This document shows, one piece after another, positions 30,067 to 42,311 of a DNA stretch of 64,000 nt. The stretch spans positions 256,001 to 320,000 of the forward strand of contig JAXGNR010000004.1 of the NCBI GenBank assembly GCA_040767965.1. The letters are read 5' to 3'. Made by a program: the position numbers and the translations under genes. Each line of letters starts with the position of its first letter. Position 1 is the first letter of the stretch. A model generated the notes under the pieces. The model saw only the letters and a program-made list of their open reading frames with translations. It was not told where the DNA came from and made no database searches. The DNA is from Atribacterota bacterium. Its GTDB lineage: Bacteria > Atribacterota > Phoenicimicrobiia > Phoenicimicrobiales > Stramentimicrobiaceae.

Positions 30067-30570
30067 ATGGCTATATTAAAATTACATAAATATGGTTCAT
30101 CTGTTTTAAGAGAAAAGGCTAGCTTGGTATGTAAAATTAATGATGATATAAAACAACTGGCATTGGATATGATCGACACTATGTATGCCGAAGGAGGCAT
30201 TGGTTTAGCTGCACCCCAAATTGGTATTTCCAAGCAAATTATAGTTATTGATAAAGAAGAAAAAGGGGCAATTGCTTTGATTAATCCAGTTATAATTAAA
30301 AGAGAGGGTGAAATCCAGGAAGAAGAAGGATGCCTTAGCGTACCAGGAATTTATCATCCAGTAAAAAGATCTGCTTCAGTTACTATTGAAGCCCTGGATT
30401 TGAATGAGAAAAAAATACGTATAACTGAAGAAGGTATTTTAGCAATCGCTTTGCAACATGAAATAGATCATCTGGAAGGATACCTGTTTATAGATAGAAT
30501 CAGTCCTGCTAAAAGACTGTTGATTAAAGAACAATTAAAAGAAATTGAACTTTCCATGAGAGAGGAATAA
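30067..30570 (+). CDS. def: Peptide deformylase
   Basis: GIGLAAPQIG, EGCLS, QHEIDHLEG. Confidence 0.97.
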   Translation: MAILKLHKYGSSVLREKASLVCKINDDIKQLALDMIDTMYAEGGIGLAAPQIGISKQIIVIDKEEKGAIALINPVIIKREGEIQEEEGCLSVPGIYHPVKRSASVTIEALDLNEKKIRITEEGILAIALQHEIDHLEGYLFIDRISPAKRLLIKEQLKEIELSMREE

Positions 30571-30574
30571 TATT

Positions 30575-31525
30575 TTGAGAATAGTTTTTATTGGCACTTC
30601 AACATTCGGTATTTCAGTGTTGAGAAAATTGATTAATTTAAAAGAAAATATTGTTGGAGTGGTTACTCAGCCTGACCGCCCTTGTGGTAGAGGGAAAAAA
30701 ATACAACCTACTCCAATTAAAGAAATTGCTCTAAAATATGCCATATCGGTATTTCAACCGGAAGATATTAATTCTCAGAACTCAATTAAAGAAATTAAAA
30801 AATTTGATCCTGAATTGATTATCTTGATTGCCTATGGACAGATATTAAAGGGCCAGGTATTGGACATACCTTCCAGGGGATGTCTAAATGTTCATCCCTC
30901 TTTGTTGCCAAAATATAAAGGATCTGCTCCGATACAATGGGCTATTATTCGAGGAGAGCAAGAAACAGGGATAAGTTTTTTGTTTATGAATGAGAAAATT
31001 GATTCAGGTGACATAGTCCTGCAGAAAAAAGTGAAAATAATACCTGGAGAAAATTTTCAGCAATTAAGCCAAAGGCTTGCAGATGAAAGTGCGGAAATAT
31101 TGCCAGAATTGTTAGATAATATCAAAAATGGAAATATTAAAAAAATAGCTCAACCAAAGGGAAATTATTTTTATGCAAGAAAAATATGCAAGACTGATTG
31201 TAAAATAGACTGGTTATGTTCAGGTGCTGATATTATTAATTTAATAAAAGGGATTGCTTATTTACCCTGTGCTTTTGCGGTAATTAAAAATAAAAGAATT
31301 AAAATTACTGAAGCAGAATTAATACCAAAAGAAGAAACCGAAGAAAAAAAACAAATTGCTGTACCTGGAGAAATTGTAAGTGTTAGCAAAAAAGGCTTAC
31401 AGGTTATGACAGGTGATAATAGTAGTGTTTTAATAAAAAGACTTATTATTCCCGGGCGGAAAGAGATGGATGTTGCCCAGTTTATTAATGGCTATCAGAT
31501 AGAAGCTGGTAATAAATTTGAATAA
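30575..31525 (+). CDS. fmt: Methionyl-tRNA formyltransferase
   Basis: VVTQPDRP.GRG, AYGQIL, NVHPSLLPKYKGSAPIQ. TTG start. Confidence 0.96.
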   Translation: MRIVFIGTSTFGISVLRKLINLKENIVGVVTQPDRPCGRGKKIQPTPIKEIALKYAISVFQPEDINSQNSIKEIKKFDPELIILIAYGQILKGQVLDIPSRGCLNVHPSLLPKYKGSAPIQWAIIRGEQETGISFLFMNEKIDSGDIVLQKKVKIIPGENFQQLSQRLADESAEILPELLDNIKNGNIKKIAQPKGNYFYARKICKTDCKIDWLCSGADIINLIKGIAYLPCAFAVIKNKRIKITEAELIPKEETEEKKQIAVPGEIVSVSKKGLQVMTGDNSSVLIKRLIIPGRKEMDVAQFINGYQIEAGNKFE

Positions 31526-31579
31526 AATATATTCTGGGAAAATTAATCCTGATAAACTGTTACATTTTAAGGAAAAAAG

Positions 31580-32959
31580 TTGAATAAAACAAAAAATATA
31601 AGAGAAGTTATATTGGAAATATTGCTAAGAATTGAAAAACACAACTCTTACCTCAACATTTTACTTCAGCATTATTTCAATAATTACTATTTTAAAAGCG
31701 AAGATAAGGCTCTTTTGCAGGAAATTACTTATGGAGTAATTCGGTTTAGGCAAAAAATAGACTGGATAATAAAACATTTTTTAATATTAAGAAATAAAAA
31801 ATTACCGATAGAAATAAATAACATTTTAAGGATTGGTGTTTATCAATTATTTTATTTAGATAAAATTCCCCATTATGCAGTGGTTAATGAATCTGTCCAG
31901 CTAGTTAAAAAGATTAAAAAATATGAATATGCCAATTTGGTTAACGCAGTTTTGAGAAATGTAATCAGAGAAAAAGATCAACTAAAGTGGCCAGCAGATA
32001 TGAAAGGTAATATAGAAGATATTTCGATTTTTTATTCTTTTCCAGCCTGGCTTATAAAAAGATGGATAAGTAGATTTGGCGAAAAATTATGCATTCAAAT
32101 TTGTGAAACTATGAATAAAAAACCGAAAATAACGATCCGATCTAATCCAATCAGGGCTGATCTGGATTTATTAAAAAGAGAATTAGAAAAATTAGGAATT
32201 GCTTTTCAGGAAAGCCAATATCTTTCGAAAGAGCTATTAACACTGGAGAATATTATTAATATTGCTGATTCTGATATTTTTAAAAAGGGATTTTTTTCAG
32301 TGCAAGATGAAAGTTCTGCTCTTGCTTCAAGATTTTTAGCCCCCTTACCAGGAGAAACTATTCTTGACATGTGTAGTGGACCCGGAGGAAAAACCACTCA
32401 TATTGCACAATTAATGAAAAACAAAGGGAAAATTATTGCTTTTGAAAAAAACAAAAAAAGGCTGAATATGGTGGAAGATGAATGCCGAAGGCTGGGAATT
32501 AATAGCGTGGAAACGGTTTTGCTGGATGCTGCTAAATTATGCAGCAATTATCTGGGAATTGCTGATAGAATTTTAGTGGATGCTCCATGTTCCGGCAGCG
32601 GGGTAATTAGGAGAAAACCAGATTTAAAATGGAAAAATTGGGATAATAACCACCTGAAGATTCTGAATCAGCTGCAAAAACAAATTCTCAATACTGCTGC
32701 CAGGTATTTAAAAAATGGCGGAGAAATTCTTTATTCTACTTGCAGCATGGAAAAAGAAGAAAATGATGATATTATAGCTCATTTTTTAAGCAAAAATAAG
32801 AATTTTATTATTCTGAACAGTGATTCTTTTTTAAAAAAATATGGTGTGTTAAAATATAATACTGATATCAGCCAATCTATTCAACTTTTGCCAGGCTACT
32901 CCGGTAAGAATGTTGATGGTTTTTATATGGTTAAGATGCAAAAAGTAAATATGGAGTAA
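31580..32959 (+). CDS. rsmB: 16S rRNA m5C967 methyltransferase (NusB-like N-domain)
   Basis: VQDESS, LDMCSGPGGKT, ILVDAPCSG.G, YSTCS..EEN. TTG start. Confidence 0.95.
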   Translation: MNKTKNIREVILEILLRIEKHNSYLNILLQHYFNNYYFKSEDKALLQEITYGVIRFRQKIDWIIKHFLILRNKKLPIEINNILRIGVYQLFYLDKIPHYAVVNESVQLVKKIKKYEYANLVNAVLRNVIREKDQLKWPADMKGNIEDISIFYSFPAWLIKRWISRFGEKLCIQICETMNKKPKITIRSNPIRADLDLLKRELEKLGIAFQESQYLSKELLTLENIINIADSDIFKKGFFSVQDESSALASRFLAPLPGETILDMCSGPGGKTTHIAQLMKNKGKIIAFEKNKKRLNMVEDECRRLGINSVETVLLDAAKLCSNYLGIADRILVDAPCSGSGVIRRKPDLKWKNWDNNHLKILNQLQKQILNTAARYLKNGGEILYSTCSMEKEENDDIIAHFLSKNKNFIILNSDSFLKKYGVLKYNTDISQSIQLLPGYSGKNVDGFYMVKMQKVNME

Positions 32960-32962
32960 ACG

Positions 32963-33496
32963 ATGTTATTAAGACTAATATCTGGAATAACCCGATTAGC
33001 TTTTGTGCTTATGGTTGCAATAATTTCAATAGCTGCTGGAGGATATATCGCCATATTGACCTATCAGGCAATTTTTTATATACCAAATGTAACCGTTCCA
33101 TCTGTTTTAAATATGGAGATTAATGCTGCCCAACAGGAATTGCACCAAAGTGGACTAAAAATGATGATCGTTGACGAACCGGTTTTAGGAGACAGTAGCA
33201 ACTGGTTTGTGATAAGTCAGAAGCCATTGCCTGGCGCTGAAATAAAAAAGAATCGCACCATAGAAGTAGAAATAAGAGATATAAGAATATCTAATCAGAT
33301 ACCAAACTTGATTGGTAAGACTCTTCAAGAAGCAGAAAAGCTGCTTGTAGAATCAAATTATACAATTGGCAATATAGCTTACTCTATGCACCATCAAATA
33401 GCTACAGGAAGAATCATTGCACAAACACCCAATGCAGGAGAAATCTCCGCTGATAATATTGAAATCAGTGTTCTTGTAAGTAAAGGGGTTTATTAG
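32963..33496 (+). CDS. Membrane-anchored protein with two PASTA domains
   Basis: N-terminal TM helix; VPSVLNM..VISQKP.PG and IPNLIGKT..GRIIAQTP..V.VSKG repeats. Confidence 0.85.
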   Translation: MLLRLISGITRLAFVLMVAIISIAAGGYIAILTYQAIFYIPNVTVPSVLNMEINAAQQELHQSGLKMMIVDEPVLGDSSNWFVISQKPLPGAEIKKNRTIEVEIRDIRISNQIPNLIGKTLQEAEKLLVESNYTIGNIAYSMHHQIATGRIIAQTPNAGEISADNIEISVLVSKGVY

Positions 33497-33545
33497 ATAT
33501 TTTTTGTAAAAAAACAGGTTTTTATTATTAAAGCTAGGTAGAAAG

Positions 33546-34670
33546 ATGATTGAAAGCAAAGAATTAAAATATTGGTTAGCCTGGAACAAAGTCAAGACCA
33601 TTGGCCCTATCAGGTTTTATAAATTAATTAAAAATTTCAACTCTTTGGAAGAAGCATGGAATAAAGCACATAAACCAGATGAAATTATTAGGGTTTTGGG
33701 TATTGGCAGGAATGCCTGGGATAAAATAAGGCAAGAAAAAGAAAAAATTAATCCTGAAGAAGAATTAAACATTTTACAAAAATCAAATATCAATACAATT
33801 ACCATTCTAGAAAAAGATTACCCTGTAATGTTAAAAAATATATATAACCCTCCTCCGATTATTTACTATAAAGGAGATTTAATATCCTCCCTGCATCAAA
33901 AGAAAGGATTTGCCATTGTCGGATCTAGAAAATCTACTTATTATGGCCGAAAAGTAGCACGTGAAATTGCTGCTGAATTATCATCATATGGCTTTGTGAT
34001 AGTAAGCGGTCTGGCAAGGGGAATTGATACAAATGCCCATCTTGGTTCTTTGGATTCTGATGGAGAAACAATTGCCGTATTAGGATGCAGTGTTGATAGA
34101 ATATACCCTCCTGAGAATAATAAATTAGCCAATCAGATAATGGAAAATGGAGCGATAATATCTGAATTCCCTCTTAATACACAACCGGAAAAGAGTAATT
34201 TCCCTAGAAGAAATAGAATTATTAGCGGATTAACCATAGGAACTTTAGTGGTTGAAGCCGCTGAAAGAAGCGGTGCTCTCATAACTGCAGATTTTGCTTT
34301 AGAGCAGGGGAGAGATGTTTTTGCAATACCTGGTAATATTCATTCTTTTCAGTCAAAAGGATGTCATAATTTAATTAAACAAGGAGCTAAATTAGTAAAT
34401 TGTGCTCAGGATATATTAGAAGAATTTACAGATGCAAGTGAATTATTCCAATCAAAATTTACAAAAAAAGAGAACGGACAGTATCTTGTTGAATTAAATG
34501 AAAACGAAAAAAAGCTTTTAAAACATATATCAATAGAACCATTGCATATTGATGAGTTGGCTGAATTAGCTAATATTCCCTATAATGAATTTAATGAAGT
34601 TTTGTTGATGCTGGAATTAAAAAATCTTATCAAGGAAATCGAAGGCAAGAGATATATCAGAATAAAATAA
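33546..34670 (+). CDS. dprA: DNA-processing protein DprA
   Basis: AIVGSR, VSGLARGID, FPRRNRIISG, VVEAAERSGALITA..ALEQGRDVFAIPG. Confidence 0.96.
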   Translation: MIESKELKYWLAWNKVKTIGPIRFYKLIKNFNSLEEAWNKAHKPDEIIRVLGIGRNAWDKIRQEKEKINPEEELNILQKSNINTITILEKDYPVMLKNIYNPPPIIYYKGDLISSLHQKKGFAIVGSRKSTYYGRKVAREIAAELSSYGFVIVSGLARGIDTNAHLGSLDSDGETIAVLGCSVDRIYPPENNKLANQIMENGAIISEFPLNTQPEKSNFPRRNRIISGLTIGTLVVEAAERSGALITADFALEQGRDVFAIPGNIHSFQSKGCHNLIKQGAKLVNCAQDILEEFTDASELFQSKFTKKENGQYLVELNENEKKLLKHISIEPLHIDELAELANIPYNEFNEVLLMLELKNLIKEIEGKRYIRIK

Positions 34671-34713
34671 TATAACCGGGAAAACATTTTTCATGATTAT
34701 TTATCATATTTAG

Positions 34714-34742
34714 TTGCTAGAAAAATAGCGCTACTGTATAAT
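34714..34742 (+). promoter_or_regulatory. Promoter of tRNA-Pro
   Basis: TTGCTA-17 nt-TATAAT, 21 nt upstream of the tRNA. Confidence 0.65.
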
Positions 34743-34763
34743 AGGTTTGTATTATTCTAAAGT

Positions 34764-34841
<78 letters not shown>

Positions 34842-35082
34842 TTAATCCAAAATAATATTTACTAAAAAATGTGCATCTAGATAGAGTTCATAAGTTTATA
34901 TTTGATATTGACCTCCATAATTAATGCCTAAACCCACATTTAAAGCTGGAAAGCATTATTCTGGCTTTTTTAAAGCTTCTTTTTAATTGTGAGGAAATTT
35001 TTAATAATTTTAAATAATATTTTTCCATTATAGGATGAATAATTACTTATTTCATACACTAAAATAATTGAGGCAAGTATAA

Positions 35083-35850
35083 TTGAAAATACTATTAACA
35101 AATGATGATGGAATTCATGCGAAAGGTTTAGCAGAATTAAAAAATTGCCTCCAAAAATTTGGAGAAGTCTTGGTAGTTGCTCCGGACAGAGATAGAAGCG
35201 GTGCCGGTCCTTCCACTACTTTTTATAAAACAGTTAGCTGTAAAGAGGTCTGGTCTAAAGAAGAATTTTTTGGTTATTCGGTAAGCGGAACGCCTGTCGA
35301 TTGTGTCATTATCGGTATAGATAAATTATGTGTAGACTTTAAACCTGATTTAATTGTATCAGGTATAAATGCCGGTGCTAATCTTGGACAGGATATATTT
35401 TACTCTGGTACTGTAGGAGCTGCAATAGAAGGATTTTTCCAGGATATATTTTCCATAGCCATATCTATAAACAAAAAAGAGAAACCAAATTATGATACTG
35501 CAATTAAAGTTATAGATAAGATAATGTCCACTTTACCAACAGGGGTTTTTAAAAAGCAGCACCTTTTAAATATCAATATTCCCAATGTTGAATATCATTC
35601 AATCAAGAGAGTTATCTTAACAAAATTAGCCCAGGTTTTTCATCAAAAAAATATCAAAGAAATTTACCAAGCAGGGAGGACAAAATATTTTTGGATTGCC
35701 GGCAGTCAACCGGAAGGTTTTGCAGAAGAAGGTAGTGATTATTGGGCAGTGTGCAATAACTTTGTTTCAATAACAGATATTGCTCCACGATTAAGAAAAA
35801 AGAATACTCAATATGATCTCAAAGAATGGATTGAATGTATTAATTTTTAG
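35083..35850 (+). CDS. surE: 5'/3'-nucleotidase SurE
   Basis: KILLTNDDG, VVAP, GTPVDC, VSGINAGANLG, YSGTVGAA. Confidence 0.95.
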   Translation: MKILLTNDDGIHAKGLAELKNCLQKFGEVLVVAPDRDRSGAGPSTTFYKTVSCKEVWSKEEFFGYSVSGTPVDCVIIGIDKLCVDFKPDLIVSGINAGANLGQDIFYSGTVGAAIEGFFQDIFSIAISINKKEKPNYDTAIKVIDKIMSTLPTGVFKKQHLLNINIPNVEYHSIKRVILTKLAQVFHQKNIKEIYQAGRTKYFWIAGSQPEGFAEEGSDYWAVCNNFVSITDIAPRLRKKNTQYDLKEWIECINF

Positions 35851-35883
35851 CATAAAAATGGAGAGAAAGTAAAATCAGCTATT

Positions 35884-36096
35884 ATGAATGAAGGGCTTTT
35901 CCTACTGGTAATTTTAATTTTTTTAATTGTTGTTTTGTCAAAAATAATAGTTAAAATGATGAATTCAGGCAATGGTAAATATAAAGTGGCAATTTTTTAC
36001 AGCAGGATGCTACTGGGCTTTTTTTTAACCATGGTTGTTTATATTGGTTATTTACTGATAAAAGGGGAAGATATCTTAATCAAATTTTTTGGTTAG
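35884..36096 (+). CDS. Small hypothetical membrane protein (2 TM)
   Basis: 70-aa ORF with two hydrophobic segments; fills the gap between surE and tRNA-Gly. Confidence 0.6.
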   Translation: MNEGLFLLVILIFLIVVLSKIIVKMMNSGNGKYKVAIFYSRMLLGFFLTMVVYIGYLLIKGEDILIKFFG

Positions 36097-36107
36097 GAAA
36101 AATAACT

Positions 36108-36183
36108 TGGAGCGGGAAACGGGTTTTGAACCCGCGGCCTTTGGCTTGGGAAGCCAACGCTCTACCAACTGAGCTATTCCCGC
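36108..36183 (-). tRNA. tRNA-Gly (CCC)
   Basis: Reverse complement GCGGGAATAGCTCAGTTGGTAGAGCGTTGGCTTCCCAAGCCAAAGGCCGCGGGTTCAAAACCCGTTTCCCGCTCCA. Confidence 0.97.
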
Positions 36184-36283
36184 ATCAATTTTAATTGAGT
36201 TTTATTATATATTAAAATTATTATATTTTCAATGTGCTTTTTATGGATAAAATAAAAAACTATCAAAAGGAAAGGAAGAACAT

Positions 36284-37669
36284 TTGAACCACAGAAATTA
36301 TTACAGTAAAAAAAAATCAGATAGAAAAAATAAAAAAATAGGGAGATTTTTAATAATCATTTTATCAGTATTTATCGCTTTTATGATTGCGTATTCCGTT
36401 GATTCATTTTTCTATAGAAATAAAATATATCCTAATGTGCATTTGTTCCAATATGGAATCGGACGTTTAAATGAAGCACAAGCCCTGGAGAAAATAAGAG
36501 ATATCAGTAATGAGATTTTAAACAACTCTCTTCTAGTTGTTTTTGAAGGCAAAGAATACAGAATAATCCCATCAGAAGATCTGGGAGCTTCTTTAAATAT
36601 AGAAAAAATATTTCAAGAAGGATATTCTGTTGCCAGAAGGGGAAATCTTTGGAATAGGATTTCTGAAAGAATCTCATTATTTAGTAAACCTCTTCAAATT
36701 TCTGAATCTATTAGATATAAAGAAGAATCATTTAATTTATTTTATGGAAAATTACAAGAATGGGTTGAACGACCTACCAGAGATGCTCAATTGGTGTCGT
36801 CAAAAGTTATTTCTTCTGAGGTTGGAGTGGAAATTAACAGGATAGAATTATTAAAAGAATTAACCAATACCATTATTAATCAGCCAGAAAGTTCAGATAT
36901 TGTTAATAAAATAATAATTCCTGTCAATCTTCAAAAACCACTAATATCGACTAATGAAATTTTAAATCAGATGGAAACAAACCAATTATTAAGTACATAC
37001 GAAACATCTCTGGCGGGAAAAGAAGAAAATACTCTCTTTAATATAAAAAAAGCAGCAGCTGATGCAAATGGAATTATATTAAAACCAGGGGAGACATTTT
37101 TCTTCAATCAGCTTATTGGCCCTGCCGAAAAGGAAGATGGTTATAAAGAGAGCATTATTATTTCCAATGGGCAATTCACGTCTGGATACGGGGGAGGAGT
37201 TTGCCAGGTGTCTACCACTATTTATAATGCTGCTTTGCTGGCTAACTTGCAAATAATAGAGAGATATAACCATTCTATTTACGGTGATGCAACAAGTTAT
37301 GTCCCTCTGGGACAGGATTCTGCAGTTTTTTATGGCTACAAAGATTTAAAATTTAAGAATAATCTGGAACAGCAAATTGTAATTTTCAGCGAGGTTGAAA
37401 AAGATAAATTAATAGTAAGAATACTGGGAGAACAGTCTTTGGATGTGAATATAAAAATAATTACAGAAGATAAGCAGATTATAGACTACGATATTATTGA
37501 ATTGAAAAGGAAAAATGGAAATTATATTGAGAACCGCATTTTGCAAGAAGGAATACCAGGTTATCAAATTACCACCTATCGGCTTATAACAGGTTCTCAG
37601 GGAGAGAGAAGGGAATTTATATCCAGGGATCAATATATTAGTGTTCCCCAAAAAATAATAGTAGATTAA
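36284..37669 (+). CDS. VanW family protein (TM anchor, PG-binding-4-like region, VanW, G5-like end)
   Basis: ILKPGETFFFN..IGP, GGGVCQVSTTIYNA, ERYNHS, YVPLGQDSAV, DLKFKN. Confidence 0.9.
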   Translation: MNHRNYYSKKKSDRKNKKIGRFLIIILSVFIAFMIAYSVDSFFYRNKIYPNVHLFQYGIGRLNEAQALEKIRDISNEILNNSLLVVFEGKEYRIIPSEDLGASLNIEKIFQEGYSVARRGNLWNRISERISLFSKPLQISESIRYKEESFNLFYGKLQEWVERPTRDAQLVSSKVISSEVGVEINRIELLKELTNTIINQPESSDIVNKIIIPVNLQKPLISTNEILNQMETNQLLSTYETSLAGKEENTLFNIKKAAADANGIILKPGETFFFNQLIGPAEKEDGYKESIIISNGQFTSGYGGGVCQVSTTIYNAALLANLQIIERYNHSIYGDATSYVPLGQDSAVFYGYKDLKFKNNLEQQIVIFSEVEKDKLIVRILGEQSLDVNIKIITEDKQIIDYDIIELKRKNGNYIENRILQEGIPGYQITTYRLITGSQGERREFISRDQYISVPQKIIVD

Positions 37670-37729
37670 AAAAGTGAGGAATAAAATATTTTTTTAAATA
37701 GAAAACACTTTACATTTTTTAAGATAGGA

Positions 37730-38506
37730 TTGAAAATATTGTTTTCTTTATTAATTATTCATGTTTTATACCTGCAGGGGATTACTGAGGATAAGCTTTT
37801 GATTAACCGGCAAGAGATTATTCTCTGTGAAGGAACTGATTACCAGACAAACGCCTATTTATTTTCCAGTCAACAATCGGAACCTGCTATAATGATTATA
37901 GCTGGAGCTCATGGTGATGAAATTGCCGGTATTGAAGCAGCTAAAAAAATTTTAGATAATTTTAAACTGGAAAAAGGTACAGTAATTTTTATCCCGGAGG
38001 CAAATAAACTGGCTGTAGATAATCATGTTCGTGCAATAACTCCTGATGAAGATTTAAATCGTCATTATCCTGGTGATGTTACTCAGGAAGGAGTAATAAG
38101 GTTGGCTGGTGAAATATTCTCTGTTATGGAAGAAAATAATGTTATTTTTTTATTGGACTTACATGAATCTACTGATTACTATCAAAATAATGAAACTAGT
38201 TTCGGTCAAACAATTGTCATTGATGATATGGACCATACTTTTCTATTAGAAATTAGCCATTTGCTAGCAGAAAGTCTTAATGAGAGTATTGTTTTGCCAC
38301 AGAATTTATTTCAGGTGATTGAAGCTCCTATCGAAGGAAGCAGCACTTATGAATCTTTAAGAAAATATAATATTCCTGGTATCACATTTGAAACCTGTAC
38401 CCTGATTAATCTTAAGAAAAGAATTAAACTCCATTCTTATTGTATTCAATATATATTAGATTATTTTGATATAATACAAAACCAAGAAGTTGAGATAATC
38501 TATTAA
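37730..38506 (+). CDS. Succinylglutamate desuccinylase/aspartoacylase-like (M14 family) zinc hydrolase, probably exported
   Basis: AGAHGDEIAG, DLNRHYPG, LLDLHES, ITFET. Start uncertain (TTG 37730 or upstream). Confidence 0.8.
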   Translation: MKILFSLLIIHVLYLQGITEDKLLINRQEIILCEGTDYQTNAYLFSSQQSEPAIMIIAGAHGDEIAGIEAAKKILDNFKLEKGTVIFIPEANKLAVDNHVRAITPDEDLNRHYPGDVTQEGVIRLAGEIFSVMEENNVIFLLDLHESTDYYQNNETSFGQTIVIDDMDHTFLLEISHLLAESLNESIVLPQNLFQVIEAPIEGSSTYESLRKYNIPGITFETCTLINLKKRIKLHSYCIQYILDYFDIIQNQEVEIIY

Positions 38507-38523
38507 TAATTCGAAATATGTGA

Positions 38524-38577
38524 AAATAGAAAGACCCCAAAAATAATTCTAAGATTATTTTTGGGGTCTTTCTATTT
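38524..38577. terminator. Bidirectional intrinsic terminator
   Basis: Perfect 24-bp inverted repeat with 6-nt loop between convergent genes. Confidence 0.85.
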
Positions 38578-38619
38578 AAAGATACAAAGTTTATTTAAAG
38601 TTTTAATTTATTAAATTAT

Positions 38620-39696
38620 TTATTCTTCTTCTTCAAAAACTTCCTGATTTTCTCCTTCTGTAACTTCTTCTTGTAAGTTGATATCAGCATCATCTTGTTC
38701 AGTATTTTCTATCTCAGAGGTGAAGTCATAATGGATTTTGATATCAGCATCATCTTTTAGCTGGGCTAAAAGTTCGTCTAATGATGCATTTTGTTTTTGA
38801 GATTTTAAGATATTTCTAATAATTTCTTTTGAATCTTCAAATGTTTGCTGTTGTTCTTCCTGAATATCTTCACAGATAATTATATGAAAACCAAATTCTG
38901 TTTCAACAATATTGCTTATTTGGCCAATTTCCAGAGCAAAAGCGGCCTCTTCAAAAGCAGGGACTGTTTGCCCTCTAACTATATAGCCTAAATCGCCACC
39001 CTGTTCAGATGATGGGCAAATTGAATTATCCTGAGCGATGCTTTCAAAGTCAGCTATTCCATCATTTAATCTGTTTAAAATAGCCTGTGCCTCTTCATAG
39101 TCTTCAAGCAAAATATGTCTTACTTTTCTTCTTTCAGGCTGGAAAAAAAATTGTTCATTTTCTTCATAGTACTGCAGCATTTCTTCATCATTTATTTCTA
39201 TTTTATCATACTCGTTTTGAATGGCTTTCTCGATCATTAATTGCCTGTTGATATCGTTTTTTAATTGATTGACAGTAATGTTATTTCTTTTTAATGTTTC
39301 ATTAAAAGTTGACTCAGAATCGAAGTTTTCTTTGATTGATTCAAGTTCACTATCAATATCACTGCTGGAAATATTTATATTTTGTTTTTGAGCATGCTCA
39401 AATAATAAGGCAGTATTAATTAACTGATTAGTAATATTGTTTTTTAAATTAGCCAAATCAAGGTCAGTCATATTGGATAAGGTCTGATTATCATAACGGG
39501 AAATGAAATTTGTAAAAGTACTTTGCCACTGCTGGTAACTGATTCCAGAATCATTTACTTCAGCTATTAATCCGCTTACAGCCTGTTGTTGATTCCCTGA
39601 TGTTCTGTACTGGCCTAAACCATAAAAGACAGAACCAACGAAAAAAACCAGCAATGCTATAAGGATTGGCTTTAAATGCTTGCGTATATATTGCAT
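38620..39696 (-). CDS. SurA/PrsA-like parvulin peptidyl-prolyl isomerase
   Basis: N-terminal TM, SurA-N helical region, VRHILL..SICPSSEQGGDLG..FEEAAFAL..VETEFGFHII, acidic tail. Confidence 0.9.
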   Translation of the reverse strand: MQYIRKHLKPILIALLVFFVGSVFYGLGQYRTSGNQQQAVSGLIAEVNDSGISYQQWQSTFTNFISRYDNQTLSNMTDLDLANLKNNITNQLINTALLFEHAQKQNINISSSDIDSELESIKENFDSESTFNETLKRNNITVNQLKNDINRQLMIEKAIQNEYDKIEINDEEMLQYYEENEQFFFQPERRKVRHILLEDYEEAQAILNRLNDGIADFESIAQDNSICPSSEQGGDLGYIVRGQTVPAFEEAAFALEIGQISNIVETEFGFHIIICEDIQEEQQQTFEDSKEIIRNILKSQKQNASLDELLAQLKDDADIKIHYDFTSEIENTEQDDADINLQEEVTEGENQEVFEEEE

Positions 39697-39877
39697 AATA
39701 TTATGTGGTCTCCTTAATATTTTTGGATTTTGATATCGATTATAAATATAATATTACCATAGATATTTGTCAAATAAAGAAAATTATAATTAGTAATTGT
39801 AATATTTCATAAATATTGAGATTTTTAGTTAATTTGTTATATACTATAAACATTAATTATTTACAAGATGATATTAA

Positions 39878-41938
<2,061 letters not shown>

Positions 41939-41963
41939 CATAATCATTAAAAGGGGTAATATC

Positions 41964-42257
41964 ATGACAGAAAAGATAATCACAAAGAAAGATGTTGAAT
42001 ATGTAGCTGGATTAGCAAAACTAGAGCTAACTGAAGAACAAAAAGAGCTCTTTGTTAAACAGTTTAATGACATTCTAACTTATTTTAAAAAGCTAAACGA
42101 GGTAGATACTGAAAACATTGAGCCGACATCTCATATTTTACCATTAGCCAATACATTCCATGAAGATTCAATTAAACCATCCTTATCACAGGAAGAGGTT
42201 ATGAAATTGACTTCTTGCACTAAAGATGGATATTTTAAAGTACCAAAAATATTATAG
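41964..42257 (+). CDS. gatC: Asp/Glu-tRNA amidotransferase subunit C
   Basis: VEYVAGLAKLEL, VDTENIEPT, YFKVPKI. ATG at 41964 after AAGGGG. Confidence 0.93.
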   Translation: MTEKIITKKDVEYVAGLAKLELTEEQKELFVKQFNDILTYFKKLNEVDTENIEPTSHILPLANTFHEDSIKPSLSQEEVMKLTSCTKDGYFKVPKIL

Positions 42258-42311
42258 TGATTGAAAGTAAACAAAAGACATATCTATTTAAAACAATGGG
42301 AGGAGATTGTT

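Noticed and set aside
38524-38577. Long perfect inverted repeat as a possible MITE/REP element
   Set aside because: Single copy in the window, located between convergent genes with A/T flanks; a bidirectional terminator explains it.
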